From positions 16,430,001 to 16,494,000 of the forward strand of contig OX597818.1 in the NCBI GenBank assembly GCA_951406725.2: DNA of 64,000 bases, read 5' to 3'. Under the pieces are notes generated by a model. It saw nothing but the letters and a program-made list of their open reading frames with translations. It was not told where the DNA came from and searched no databases. The translations under genes were made by a program, and so were the position numbers. Each line of letters starts with the position of its first letter. Within the stretch, counting starts at the first letter, position 1. Source of the DNA: Octopus vulgaris. Its lineage: Eukaryota. Positions 14,841 to 27,054 of this stretch are shown piece by piece.

Positions 14841-16075
14841 TAATAATAGTATTTTTGGCGATCACCGTGCATTGACTAAGGAAAATAGTCTAATAAAGGG
14901 GAAAATAAACCCTCGTCAGAGAAAAGAAGGCTTTTCTATCTGCATAGGAGTCGAACCCACATTCCTTTGTTAACGTGACTGTGTTACCTTTATACTAGCC
15001 AATTAGCCTCCCTTTTCCTGAGAAATTTAAGAACTATAATAGTTCGTGTTTGTTTGTATTTTTTGTATGTAAACAAACTTCCTATGTGTTTTCAGTGCGA
15101 ATGGTTTTTATACTGTGCCGTTTTTACAATACTGTTAATAATAATAATGGTATTTTTATATAAGCTTAAAGCTTATTGCGACCACCGTGCAATAACTAGG
15201 GTAAATAGGGATCTTTTCGGTTTGAACGGCAGTTTTTAACATAATTTCTAGGTAACTAAAAATTTTAACTTCGTAAACTGGTAGAATGTGTTTATAAAAC
15301 ATCTTTTTCTCTTGGCTTTATTGAGAAAATTCTATAGTTTGTAAGATATTTGTTGTTTCTTTCTTCAATTTCTGCAATTTCAACCAATCAAATACGTCTA
15401 TTGAGGTAAAAAAAAACATTCTGTGCCGTATGAATATGTCCCTCGTTTAAGAAACAGATTGGGTTTATTTATTTTCGTGAAGAAAAAAAGATACCCTTCT
15501 CCCCACCCCTAACCCTAAACCTAACCCTAACTAACCCTAACCCTAAAACAGATTGAAATGCAATAGATCGATACTAGGGTCATAATTTTGAGTGACAATT
15601 TCATATGACACCGCTAGAAAAAACTGCCGTTCAAACCGAAAAGATCCGAAAATAGTATAATAAAGGGGCATAAAAAAAACAGAAGGATTTCCTATCCGCG
15701 TGGATATGTAAATAAACTTTCTATATGCTTTCGGTTTTTTTTTTTTTATGCGGCGCCGTTTTTACAATACTGTAAATAATAATGAAACAAACACGAACTA
15801 TTATAGTTCTTAAATTTCACAGGAAAAGAAAGTTTGATTCGCTGGTGAAAAGGTAATACACTTAGTCGCGTTAACAAAGGGATGTGGGTTCAACTCCCAT
15901 ACGGATGGGAAAGCCTTCTATTTTTCTGTTGATGGCTTATATGCCTCTTTATTAGACTATTTTCCTCAGCCAATGCACGGTGATCGCTTTAAGCTTATAT
16001 AAATATACCATTATTATTATTTACAAGATTGTAAAAGCGGCACCGTGTAAAAAGCCATTCGCACCGAAAGCATAT
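14840..16075. repeat. ~320-bp unit with a tRNA-like A/B-box segment, repeated in tandem and then inverted
   Basis: gcga(t/c)caccgtgca occurs at ~14857 and ~15178 and inverted at ~15975. GGTTCGACTCC (minus, ~14945-14956) and GGTTCAACTCC (plus, ~15887). Confidence 0.6.
15209..15647. mobile_element. MITE with ~29-bp TIRs, possibly Merlin-type, containing (CCCTAA)n-like repeats
   Basis: TIRs ggatcttttcggtttgaacggcagttttt / aaaaactgccgttcaaaccgaaaagatcc; near-TSD gtaaatag / gaaaatag. Confidence 0.85.
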
Positions 16076-16094
16076 ATATATATACACACACATA

Positions 16095-16245
16095 CGATGG
16101 GCTTCTTTCAGTTTCTGTCTACCAAATCCACTCACAACGGTTTGGTCAGCTCGAGGCTATAGTAGAAAACACTTTCCCAAGGTTTGATGCAGTAAGACTG
16201 CATCTCAAACCATGTGGTTGGGAAGCAAGTTGTTTTACCACGCCT
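16095..16245 (-). mobile_element. tRNA-derived SINE (degenerate)
   Basis: Same family as 36920-37070, 42015-42257 and 63793-63870 (accatgtggttgggaagcaag...accac). Confidence 0.7.
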
Positions 16246-16499
16246 TTGTTCGATAAAATTTAAATGCCATTTTTTAATTATGAGTATTTAGGAGACTGTA
16301 CAGAGACGAATTATATTGTTGTAAACTCTTACGTATTTCCTTATACAGTGCGCATGGTAAAATAACTTCACCACTATTTCTATGGGGTCAATGTATCCAG
16401 TTTTTCTCCGCTGCTCAGACAGAATGGAAAAATGCAACACCATTTTATAGGGATTCCAAGAATGGTAGGAGAACGAAAGCAATCTCAGATCATTGTTTA

Positions 16500-17870
16500 T
16501 GCTAAAAATGACAACTAAATATCCCTCATATCATCCCTTAAATTTTTAGAAAAGGATACATTGGATAGAAACTTTCGAGTGGGCATTACATATCTATAAA
16601 CAGGATAGTGGTCGGAGATGGATTGCTTCGTATAATAGAACTGCTTATTTAAGGTTGACCTGCGGCTAAACAATAGCATCAGTACCAACGACCACAACAG
16701 CATCAACAATAACAAGTAATAATAATAATTTTCTTACATTTTTTCTGGGTGAGTTACTATGAGATATATATGTGTGTATATATATATTCAGTAAATACTG
16801 TAAAGTATAGCTTTAACTAATTTCTTAGAAACATCAATATAAATTCTCGAACATGAAAGCAAACTTTTTCTGCTTTCGGGATTAAACTAAATGTGGGAGA
16901 AAACAGTTGGTCTACACTATAACGACTTGAGCTTGAGTGATTTACTCACTTCAAATGAAACAGACATATATGCATAGCTACATACATATATATTTATATA
17001 TGCACATATATACATATATGAATATATACATACATAAGGTAGATAACGACAATGCTGTCTGCGATTATTAGTTGCAAACAACTTGCAGATAGAAGTTCTA
17101 ACTGTTAAAAACCACGTATACCGAACAATAGCAGACGTATGAAGTCATAGCGAGAGAATGCACTCTGTGTTTGAGACCTTTCTTTTGCTGGTATTATGGC
17201 ATGCTGATCCCACTTACGGAAATAAGACCTTGCTTGCCAAATCAATTGGTTCACGCAGTATTCTTTTCGCCGTTGAGTATAAAAGGAGGGAGATATTTAT
17301 ATGAATGTATGCATATAGGTAGGCGTCTATATGTCTGTATATATATATATATGTGTGTGTGTGCGCGTGAGTGTATTGTATGTATGCATATATGGACACA
17401 CACACAGGCATATGTGTGTGTATGTATTTGTGTGTGTGTCTGTGTGTGTGTGTACACAGATACACACACACACACATATATATATATATGAGTGTGAAAT
17501 TTTAAACATATCCATACATTTTCCTTTGCCACTACTATTAACTGTTATCAAGTATCCTGGTTTACATTTTGTCTTTTCATGACCAGGTTACTAGGCAACT
17601 GAAACATTCAAAATGTCTATTAATTATCACCAGCATTGTATCAACAACAGCATTATTTAAATTAAATGACAAAGTCTAGTTAAATTTTTGTTACCAACCA
17701 GGAAAATGTTCCAATCTTGGCTATATGCTTAGCCTAAATATGACCTAACTTAGCGCGTTTACTCACAGTTAGAGAAGGATAATAATACACACACAATAAC
17801 GTCTTAGATTACATTCTAAACATACGAGGTGGTATTAAAATGTTCCCGGCTAGTTATCTTATAACTTATA
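16500..17870 (-). repeat. Upstream block of gene copy A (paralog of 1730-3150)
   Basis: Shared strings such as caggatagtggtcggagatgga and ttagttgcaaacaacttgcaga. Confidence 0.85.
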
Positions 17871-17923
17871 AAATGAGAAGAGTGCAAGAGCGATACTGTG
17901 AAGGGAAATATAATGGCATGGAG

Positions 17924-18783
17924 CAGTGGTTCCCAAACTTTTTAGAGTCGCGACCCACTATTTATCACACCAGTTTATGACGACCCACTTAAATCTACTG
18001 AGTAAAAACATTAATGAAATTAACAAATTTATTTCAGATTACATCTTCAGTGAGGCCTGTGAGAAGGATGAGCCTGTTTCTTGCTACGCTCAATAATAGA
18101 CTTAACATCTATTGATCTATCTACTGTCTAGCTGCTGTCTATTCCAATCATTTCATTGGCTAATTGATAGCCTCCTGGTGATCACACCTATAGTTTTTAA
18201 ATAATTTATATACTTACTAGTGAAATCCATAATGTCATATTTATTAAATTCTTTTGCTATTTATATTAACTGTGAAACAAAACGTTTTATAACTGTTTCA
18301 ATGTCTCTATACCCTATGTGTAAATACTAACACTAATACAAAACCTTGAAGTAGTAACTGTTATCGGCTCGATAAGTGTTATACTTCGCCTTGTTAAAGT
18401 TCTCTATAAATAGGTAAAAACGGACCTTTCCTTTTACGATTACGTACGAAAAAGTAACTTGAGAAAATGACAACCTCTGATTTGTTAAGTTGGTGAAAAA
18501 GCCTACTGCTTGATAAAACAACAAGTCTGGTATTGAAAACATAAGCCTTGAACTATCTCGATAGACAGTAGTTAATCAAAACTTATGCGTAATTTTATAA
18601 CTTTTTGCGACCCACTAAGATTCCGTTCGCGACCCACTAAGATTCCGTTCGCGACCCATCTGTATGTATGCATATATGGACACACACACAGGCATATATA
18701 TGTGTATGTATTTGTGTGTGTGTGTGTCTGTGTACACACAAACACACGCACACACACACACAGGCATAGTTTGGGAGCCACTG
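17924..18783. mobile_element. Non-autonomous hAT (Buster/Charlie-type) element
   Basis: TIRs cagtggttcccaaac / gtttgggagccactg; 8-bp TSD gcatggag / gaatggag; subterminal gcgacccac repeats. Confidence 0.85.
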
Positions 18784-19499
18784 GAATGGAGAATGTGACT
18801 GATATCAGAAAAGGGAAGAATAGAGTTGTATAAGCAACAAATATGGAGTAGCAGTGGAATAGTAACGTTAATACAGTTGTCATTTAGAGATAGACATGCG
18901 CGTGCTTTCAATCTGTCCTCTCTCGCTCGCGTCTCTCTCTCTCTCTCTCTCTCTGTCGTTCTCTTTCTCTCTGTCTCTCACTCTCTGTCTGTCTCTGTCT
19001 GTCTGTTTCTCTCTCTCTCTCCCTCTCTCCCTCTCTCTCCCCCCTCTCCCCCCTCTCTCTCTCTGTAACACGCACACATATGCACAGACTCACAAATCTA
19101 TAGACAAGTATATTTGACAACGTTTTAACCGAAATTATCCGGAAATAACCGAAATATTCCATTTTTCCATTTATGAACAGACGATAAAGAAGTTATCGTC
19201 TGCTAAATTCTTAAAGTCAAATCATTTTCTTTTTCACGAAGACGATGTTTCAAGTCAACATTGATAGTGAAGTACCTTCTTAATTTCGTTTTTATTATTT
19301 ACAAAATTATAATCACTCATTCATCTATCGCAAAGTTAGAAAGAGAGATTTCTAAATGAGAAATTGTTATCACTTAGTATCTTATCCGTTTTGGTGTTGT
19401 AATTTTCTGTCACGTTCTGTTCACGAAACCATCTAAAGTTTAAACTGAAGGTGAAGTTATTTACTGAATTTATTGAAAAATATTCAACGATTACACTAA

Positions 19500-21110
19500 T
19501 TTATTAATTCACCCCTTTAATAAAGTCATGGGTGATGATAACTACATGTTCAGAGTTGTGTCACTCATGCTCAAAAACAACACAACTTACCGAACACTTC
19601 GGAAAGATTCCGTGCGATACATATGCAATAATTGGAAGTATTTTCATTCTTTTATTCCTAATAGGACAACGCAGGAATACCAAGCATACATGATTAGGGA
19701 TAGAACATACATTAGTAATGTGGAATTAGCTGCTATTAGTGAATTGTACAATGTTACAATTCAGGTTCACCACAAACATGACGATGAAATTATTCTTACT
19801 CTGTTCACCGTTTGCAGCAAACATTTACAGAAAGGAAGATTTCATTGTTGTACAGTGGCGAAATTGACAGCGGTCACTATGATGCTCTCTTTCCCATAAA
19901 CAACCATGAGGAAATGAAATATCACACGACAGTAAAAAAGTCAAAAGAATGAGAATTCAAATACTTAATATGAAAAGCGCAGAAGAAAGCAAAAACCATC
20001 GGGAAGTTAGGTTGCGAGAAATGAGGGAGTATGAGAGGAGGACAAGAGAACAAGAAGGTGATAAAGATATGGGAATAAGATTGCAGAGAAAGAAGGTAAA
20101 TTATAGAAATATAAACGTAGAAGAAAATAAAAAAGTCAAAGAAATACGATTGCAAAAAGGAGAGAAAAGGTAGAATAAATAGAAAACAAGAGTGAAAGCG
20201 GCCGAAAAATACGATTAAAAAGGAGAAAGCTTTCCAGAGAAAATCAGCAGAAAACGTATTGACGATTTCAATGGCAAGGTGTAGCATTTAATTATGATCC
20301 TAATCGTAAGTTATGCATCTGAAAAAATTGTCCCCCTGGGCTCTAGTACGAAACATGGGAAAAGTGTGGTGTTAGGAAGTGAGGCAAGGAACCATTAGGT
20401 ATGTGTTGTTATAAAGGTAGAGTCCATTTACTAATAACTGAGCCTCAAGAACTTATAAATACATCCTGTTTTGGGTACCACTTCAGAATCAAAACACTTT
20501 CTTAAAAATATTCGAGCATACAATTGTGCTTTTCAAATGACAACATTTCGGGCCTAACTTAAGTGGATTTATGCTGACTTTTAAAGTGCAAGGACAAATT
20601 TATCTCTTAAGCCTTTACAGAATAAAGATACACATTTTTTTCAAATATATTTTATTGGTGACGTTCAAAAAGAAGCACAGTGTTGCAGCAATAATTGTCC
20701 AGGTACAAGATTTGAATTTCTTTTTAAGCTTCAAGAAATGCTTTACGAAAAGAATTCTTATGTGAGAAGCTTTCAGTATGCTTTAGAATATACTTCAACT
20801 GCGGACTTTCAAGTTGTCATTGATGCCGACAAAAGACCAGCAGGAGAACATGTCCGTCGATTCAATGTTCTTGAGTGTAATGAAGTGGCAATTATTATTG
20901 TTGGAGAACGAGATATTGTTTTGAAGTATTGTGACAATAGCATCACGTTCTTAAATGAAACTCATCGTTCATACTTTACAATATCCCTTGCCTTTTGTTA
21001 ACGGAGAAGATGGATACTACTTTGATATACCACAAGCTTGAGGAATCACTTCCAAAAGAACTGTATCCTGTAAGGAATACTATGTTCATCGATTGATGAT
21101 TTGAATATTA
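19500..21110 (+). mobile_element. Degenerate Helitron RepHel N-terminal region with an upstream OTU-protease domain
   Basis: GDDNYMFRVVS...NVELAAISELYNVTIQV...YSGEIDSGHYDAL (OTU). Then GMCCYKGRV, FLKNIRAYNCAFQMT, FKVQGQIY and RPAGEHVRRFN...NEVAIII (Helitron Rep N-terminal motifs). Confidence 0.85.
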
Positions 21111-21159
21111 TGTGAATAATATTCGAATATTATGTTCATCGATTGATGATTCGAATAAT

Positions 21160-23582
21160 AGTGTGAATAACGGTGGTAATGGAACTGAAGCCCTTGATGG
21201 TGACAGCGTTGTACCCTGCAGGCTCAAAGATAATGATGCGGCTCCAGTCGGTCGTTATCCAGCAAGAGACCAGCACACACGGCGTTGATGGAACGAAAAA
21301 GTCAATGCTGTGGTCATGAAGTGTTAATACCTGAGCAACCCCGTAGACGAAAATGGTGTTCATCTTAGGGGATCTACGACAGAAAAAGGGCAAGGCTACA
21401 AGAGTACGATAGCGGCTTTTTTTGCAACCCGAAAAAGGTGCATCGGTGGAAATTGAACCAAGAAACGAAAAATGCGAATGAAATTCTGAAATACATCAGA
21501 ACAAAATACATCACAGAAACAAACAATTTGATCAATGCAGCAAGTATCTTTGTAGCAGAAAATGTGGGTGTTGATGTCAAGAAAGAGAAATTTAATCGGA
21601 GTGACAAAAGTAAAGACCCATGGTAGAAAAGGAGAATACGGTTGGGGTTAGATATGCTCTCGTTGGATATTTCTGTGTTAGACCGAAAAGCGAACAAAAA
21701 TACAAGGCACTGAAAAGGAAGTATGATATTGAAAGAAAGGGCCTGAAAGTTGTAATGGAGGAACTGAAACAACGCTTCGTTGCAGAGAAAGCAAAGATGG
21801 TAAGACACGATCAAAGAACGAAAGGATACCACCAAAATAGGTTATTCGGAGTAGATCAAAAGAGATTCTACAAAGAAATAAAAGGAGATTGTACATACGA
21901 AAGTTGATACCGAATAACAATGAAAGTCAAAGGTTTTGGAGTGACATCTGGATCAAAGACAAAGAGCACAAGAAGGATGCTGAATGGTTGAAAGATCTGA
22001 AACAAACAGTATTCTGCCCAAAACAAGCAGAACTAATCATTTCAGTTAGGGAAGTGAAGGAAATTAGCAAAAAATGGGTAACAGGGTGGCCCCGGGACCA
22101 GATGGAGTTCAAGGCTATGAATCAAAAGATTTAGTGAATGTCATGCACGAATAGCTGCACAACTCAACACCTTGTTAAATACCGACCAAGTAACAGCAGA
22201 GTTGTTGACAATAGATAGGACAGTGCAGTGCTTGAAAAATATCGAAAAAGGCAATACGGTAGACAATTACAGGCCGATATCCTGTTTGCCACTTATGTGG
22301 AAGATATTGATTGGAATACTCACAAAGTCAATGTACGAAGATCTTGAAAAAATGGAGTCCTACCACCTGAGAAGAAGGGTTGCAAGCGTAAATGCAGAAG
22401 ACAAAACTGTACTTAGAGACTGCAAGCGGAAGAAAACTAACATTGCGATTTCATGAATCGATTATCGTAAGGCGTACGATACGATCCCAAATTCTTGGAT
22501 TATGGAATGTATGAACCTCTTTGTTATTGCATCGAATGTCGATGTTGAGCAATTTCTTGGAAAATATTTGACGAAATGGAGGACGGAACTGACAGCATAT
22601 GGAAGAAGTTTAGGGACAATAGAAGTCAAGAGAGGCATCTTCCAAGGGGACTACCTGTCCCCACTGAATTTTGTATTGTGCATGATACCACTAACAATGA
22701 TTTTGAGGAAAGCAAAGGTTTGGTATGTATTCGAAAGCCGCTTACAAAAAGTCAACCACTTGTTATTCATGGATGACCTCAAACTTTATGGTAAAAATGA
22801 AACCTAAGTCAGTTCTCTCGTTGACACGGTGTATACTTTCAATGCTGATATCAGAATGGAGTTCGGACTGAAAAGGTGTGGTGTGTTAGACTTGAAGAGA
22901 GACAAACTCAAATGTATAGATGGGCTAACGATAGCGTCGGGAGAGTTTATGAAGCAGATAGAAAAGACGGGCTTTAAATACTTGGGGATATTGGAAATAG
23001 ATAAATTGATGGAGAAAGAAAAATTTAAGGTGGAGTACTTGCGCAGATTGAGACTGATCCTCAAATCGAATAAGATTGAAGCTATCAACACCTGGGCGGT
23101 TTCACAACTTAGATATGGAGCAGGGATAATCGCATGGACAGTAGATGAATTAAACAGCTTAGATAGAAAGATAAATTTCTGACTAGATATGGGATACTCT
23201 ACCCCAAAAGTGACACAGACAGAATGTATGTACCAAGAAAAAGAGGGTGAAAGGGACTGATAGGATGCAAACACAGCATTAGAGCAGAAGAAAACAACAT
23301 AATATGGTAAGTAAAAATGCCACAGAACCATTATCATTGGAAGTAAGAAAGTCATGCTTGTGTAGGATGGAAGATTGCAAAGATAACGCACTGTACAAGG
23401 ACTTGAGAATGAATGAAACGGAAAATAGGTGGATAAAGAAAAGAATGCATAGGCAATTTCAGAGGGATGTTGAAGTTAAGACAGACAGAGGAAAAAGTTG
23501 GTTATGGATGACTAAAAGTGATTTAAAACCGAAAAAAGGGGCTATAATCTGTGCTGCCCGTGTGCAAACATTAAAACCTAAT
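21160..23582 (+). mobile_element. Degenerate R4/Dong-clade non-LTR retrotransposon (element 1, 3'-truncated)
   Basis: N-terminal W.EKVNAVVMKC.YLSNP motif; RT motifs [35 protein letters not shown]; many stops and frameshifts. Confidence 0.9.
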
Positions 23583-23884
23583 TACAACAATAATAATAGT
23601 AATATTAATAATGATAATAATAATGATTTCTTTTATTTGCCACCAGGGAGAAGGATGAAGGGGACAATACTATTACAGACATAATGTGTGGGGGTTTACC
23701 TACGATGAAATGATAATAATAATAAATAATAATAGGGTAAAGACCTCCCTTTGATTATGGATCACTATGGAATTGCACCTAGAAATTTTACCTCCGAGGC
23801 ACCTTCGGGCAAGGTTGTTTATTGAAGAACAGCGGTCTCCCATGCATATCAGTCTCTCATCTCCATGCCACAGATGTTTTAAAA

Positions 23885-26847
23885 CTATATGCTGCAAATG
23901 ATAACCAGCTGGAAACATTACTACAGACGAAGATTTCAACGATTCTATGTGGGGAAAAGATTAGAAAATGACAACATTCCCATAAAAAGCTTACTTGGCA
24001 AGATGGTATTCAACACCAAATTCAGTTACTTAAGTCTGACATAGAATGTTGAAAAACCTTAAGTTTGACAAGACTATCAAACCAACAAAAATCTGAAAAT
24101 TAAAGAAAATATATAATATGAAAACTATACTTGACATCGATACCACCATAGAAACTATCAAGCAAAAGGTATGTGCAAAAGCTGCTCGCATAGCACGGTA
24201 TGGAAAGCGCATTAGATGCTTTAAGCTCAACAACATGTTCAAAAATAATCCCAAAAAGTTTTACAGGAACATAGGGAAAATACCAGTTACAGTAAAGTCT
24301 CTCCATCAAAAGAAGTGCAGGAATTTTGGAATAAAATTTGGGCAGATGGAAAAGCACACAATAAAAAGGCCTATTGGATTGATAGAATAACTACTGACTT
24401 AGACAGACTCCTTAAAAGAGCAAAAGTGGAGGGTATCACGGTAGAGGATGTAAGCAAGGAGAAGTCTCTAGGAAAGAATAAAATTCTTAACTTCTGGTTG
24501 AATGCCTTCCTAGAGAGTCATGAACTGCTAAAAAAAAACTTTACAACAATGTTTTGCAACAACCTAGTATGATTCCCTCTTGGCTAGTTAATGGTTAAAC
24601 TTTCCTACTTCCAAAAAATGAAAAACAAATGAACCAAAGAATTATAGACCTATAACCTGCTTAACAACAATGTATAAAATACTAACATCTGTTTTGACTG
24701 AATATACCTATAGTTTTTAATAGAAAGTGGCATATTCCCTAATGAGAAAAAAGGATGTAAACGTGGGTCTTGTGGTTGTAAAGATCAGCTACTCATCAAT
24801 AAGATGATCTTGGAAGATTCTCACAAACGACACAAAAACTTGTCGATAGCCTTGATAGACTATAAAAAAGCTTTTGATATTCTGTCACATAAGTGGATTA
24901 AGAAATGTCTGGAAATGTATAAAATAGCACCTACTCTGCGAAACTTCTTGTCTGTAAGTATGAGATCATGGAGAACCACATTGACTTCGAACAGTGACAA
25001 TGAATCTTTCAATGCTGGAGATGTAAGCATTTCTTATGGCATTTTCCAGGGTGACTATCTATCCCTGCCCTTCTTTTGTCTAGCCTTAATACCTCTCTTG
25101 AAATTGCTCGATGATGTATAATATGGCTATAAAATGATTTCAAGCTCTTTGCAAAATACGACCAAAAAATACAGGGTTTACCAACAATTGTTAAAAAATT
25201 CAGTGATGATATCAGAGTGCAATTTGGCCTCGATAAATGTGCAAAAGCTACTGTTATCAAAGGAAAAATAATAGAAATACCAAACATTAATCTTGACCAA
25301 GAGTATGTTATAACGGAGTTAGAACCAGCGGAGAGCTACAAATTGCTAGGGGCATTTGAAGGTGATAGAATCAAACATTCAATGATGAAGGAAAGGATCA
25401 GAAGAGAATTTTATAGCAGAGTAAGGTCAATACTCAAGACAGAGCTGAATGCAAGAAACAGGATCAAAACGATCAATACTTTAGCCATACCAGTCGTGAT
25501 TTACAGCTTCAATATCATTAACTGGTCAGATATATATACGAAAATAGTTGACAATACATAGAATGCACCACCCTAAGGCAGATATAGAACGACTTTACCT
25601 GCCAAGAAAAGAGGGTGACCGTGGACTTTTACAACTGGAATTAACAATGAAAATTGCCACAGTTAGTCTAAACACCTACCTGAAAAACTCTGATGACTGG
25701 TTGTTAAAACTTGTCTTAAAGCACGAAAACAAGAAACCATTATACTCAGTAAAAAAAGCAGGCAAAGAAATATCTAAGTGAATTCCAAATACAACAAATC
25801 CCAGAATTAAACGTACTAGAAACACGCACAGAAAAAGCTAAGAGTATGAAAACCCGTGTTAAAACTGCTGCCTAAGATATTCTTACTGATAATTGGCAAG
25901 AAAAACATCTCAATGACAAATACCTAAAGAGAGCTAATAATGTCGATGTTGACAATACCCTTACCCGTCAATGGTTTGTGTCTTCTGGCTTAAAATCAGG
26001 AACTGAAGGGTTTATCCATGGCAGCCGAAGATCAATGCCTACCTACAAGGAGGTACCAGGCCTAAATATTAAAGACCGACAGTAGCCCAACATGTCGTGT
26101 ATGTAAACAAAATGAAACCATTGATCATATTGTCTCCATGTGTAGTCTTCTTGTGCCTACAGAGTATCTCAACAGGCATGATAGAGCAGCACAATATATT
26201 CATTGGGTAATTTGCAAAAACCTGGACCTGCTCCATAATGAAAAATAGTGGGAACACAAACCACCTACAGTGCTTGAAAATGACTACATTTCACTCCTCT
26301 GAAACTTCACCATTCAAACTGACAGAAAGATAGATGCGAAGAGGCAAGACATTATATTGAAGGACTTCAGACAAAAATCATACCTCCTAACTGATATGAC
26401 TGTCCCAATCGACATAAATATATTTGTCAAGACCTACCAAAAACTGAGCAAGTATAAAGATCTTGAAACAGAAATTGGCAAAATGTGTAATCTCAAGACT
26501 TATACAGTATCTGTAGTCAAGGTGCCCTAAGAATGATAGCAAAAAGGGCTGATTCCTACCTTGCTCAGATACCAGGAAACCCCAAAATAGCAGAAATTCA
26601 AACAGTAGTGCTCATGGGAACTGCCCATATCCTACGTAAAATACTGTCTACGTAATCTCAAATCTTAAAACGAACTTATAATTTTCTTATGTTTTTTTAA
26701 AACATTCTCTAGAACAATATGTGCAAAACCAAGTATATAGCACCTTAGGCATAAACACCAATTTGAACTTCTAACTTGTTGTCTATTGAAGTCTCTGGGT
26801 GAGACTTGGAGTCACCTTGTACGAATACAAAGCAAAAGTCAAACATA
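23885..26847 (+). mobile_element. Degenerate R4/Dong-clade LINE (element 2) with RT, CCHC knuckle and restriction-like endonuclease
   Basis: NYRPITCL, GIFQGD, CRVCKQNETIDHIVSMC, RHD, KLSKYKDL, LMGTAHILRK; ends in (TAA)n. Confidence 0.9.
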
Positions 26848-26869
26848 TAATAATAATAATAATGATAAT

Positions 26870-26955
<86 letters not shown>

Positions 26956-26960
26956 TGATG

Positions 26961-27054
<94 letters not shown>
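26848..27054. repeat. (TAA)n tract between LINE elements 2 and 3
   Basis: Direct inspection. Confidence 0.95.

Noticed and set aside
15507-15546. (CCCTAA)n telomere-like tract
   Set aside because: It is short, degenerate and internal to a MITE, not a chromosome end.
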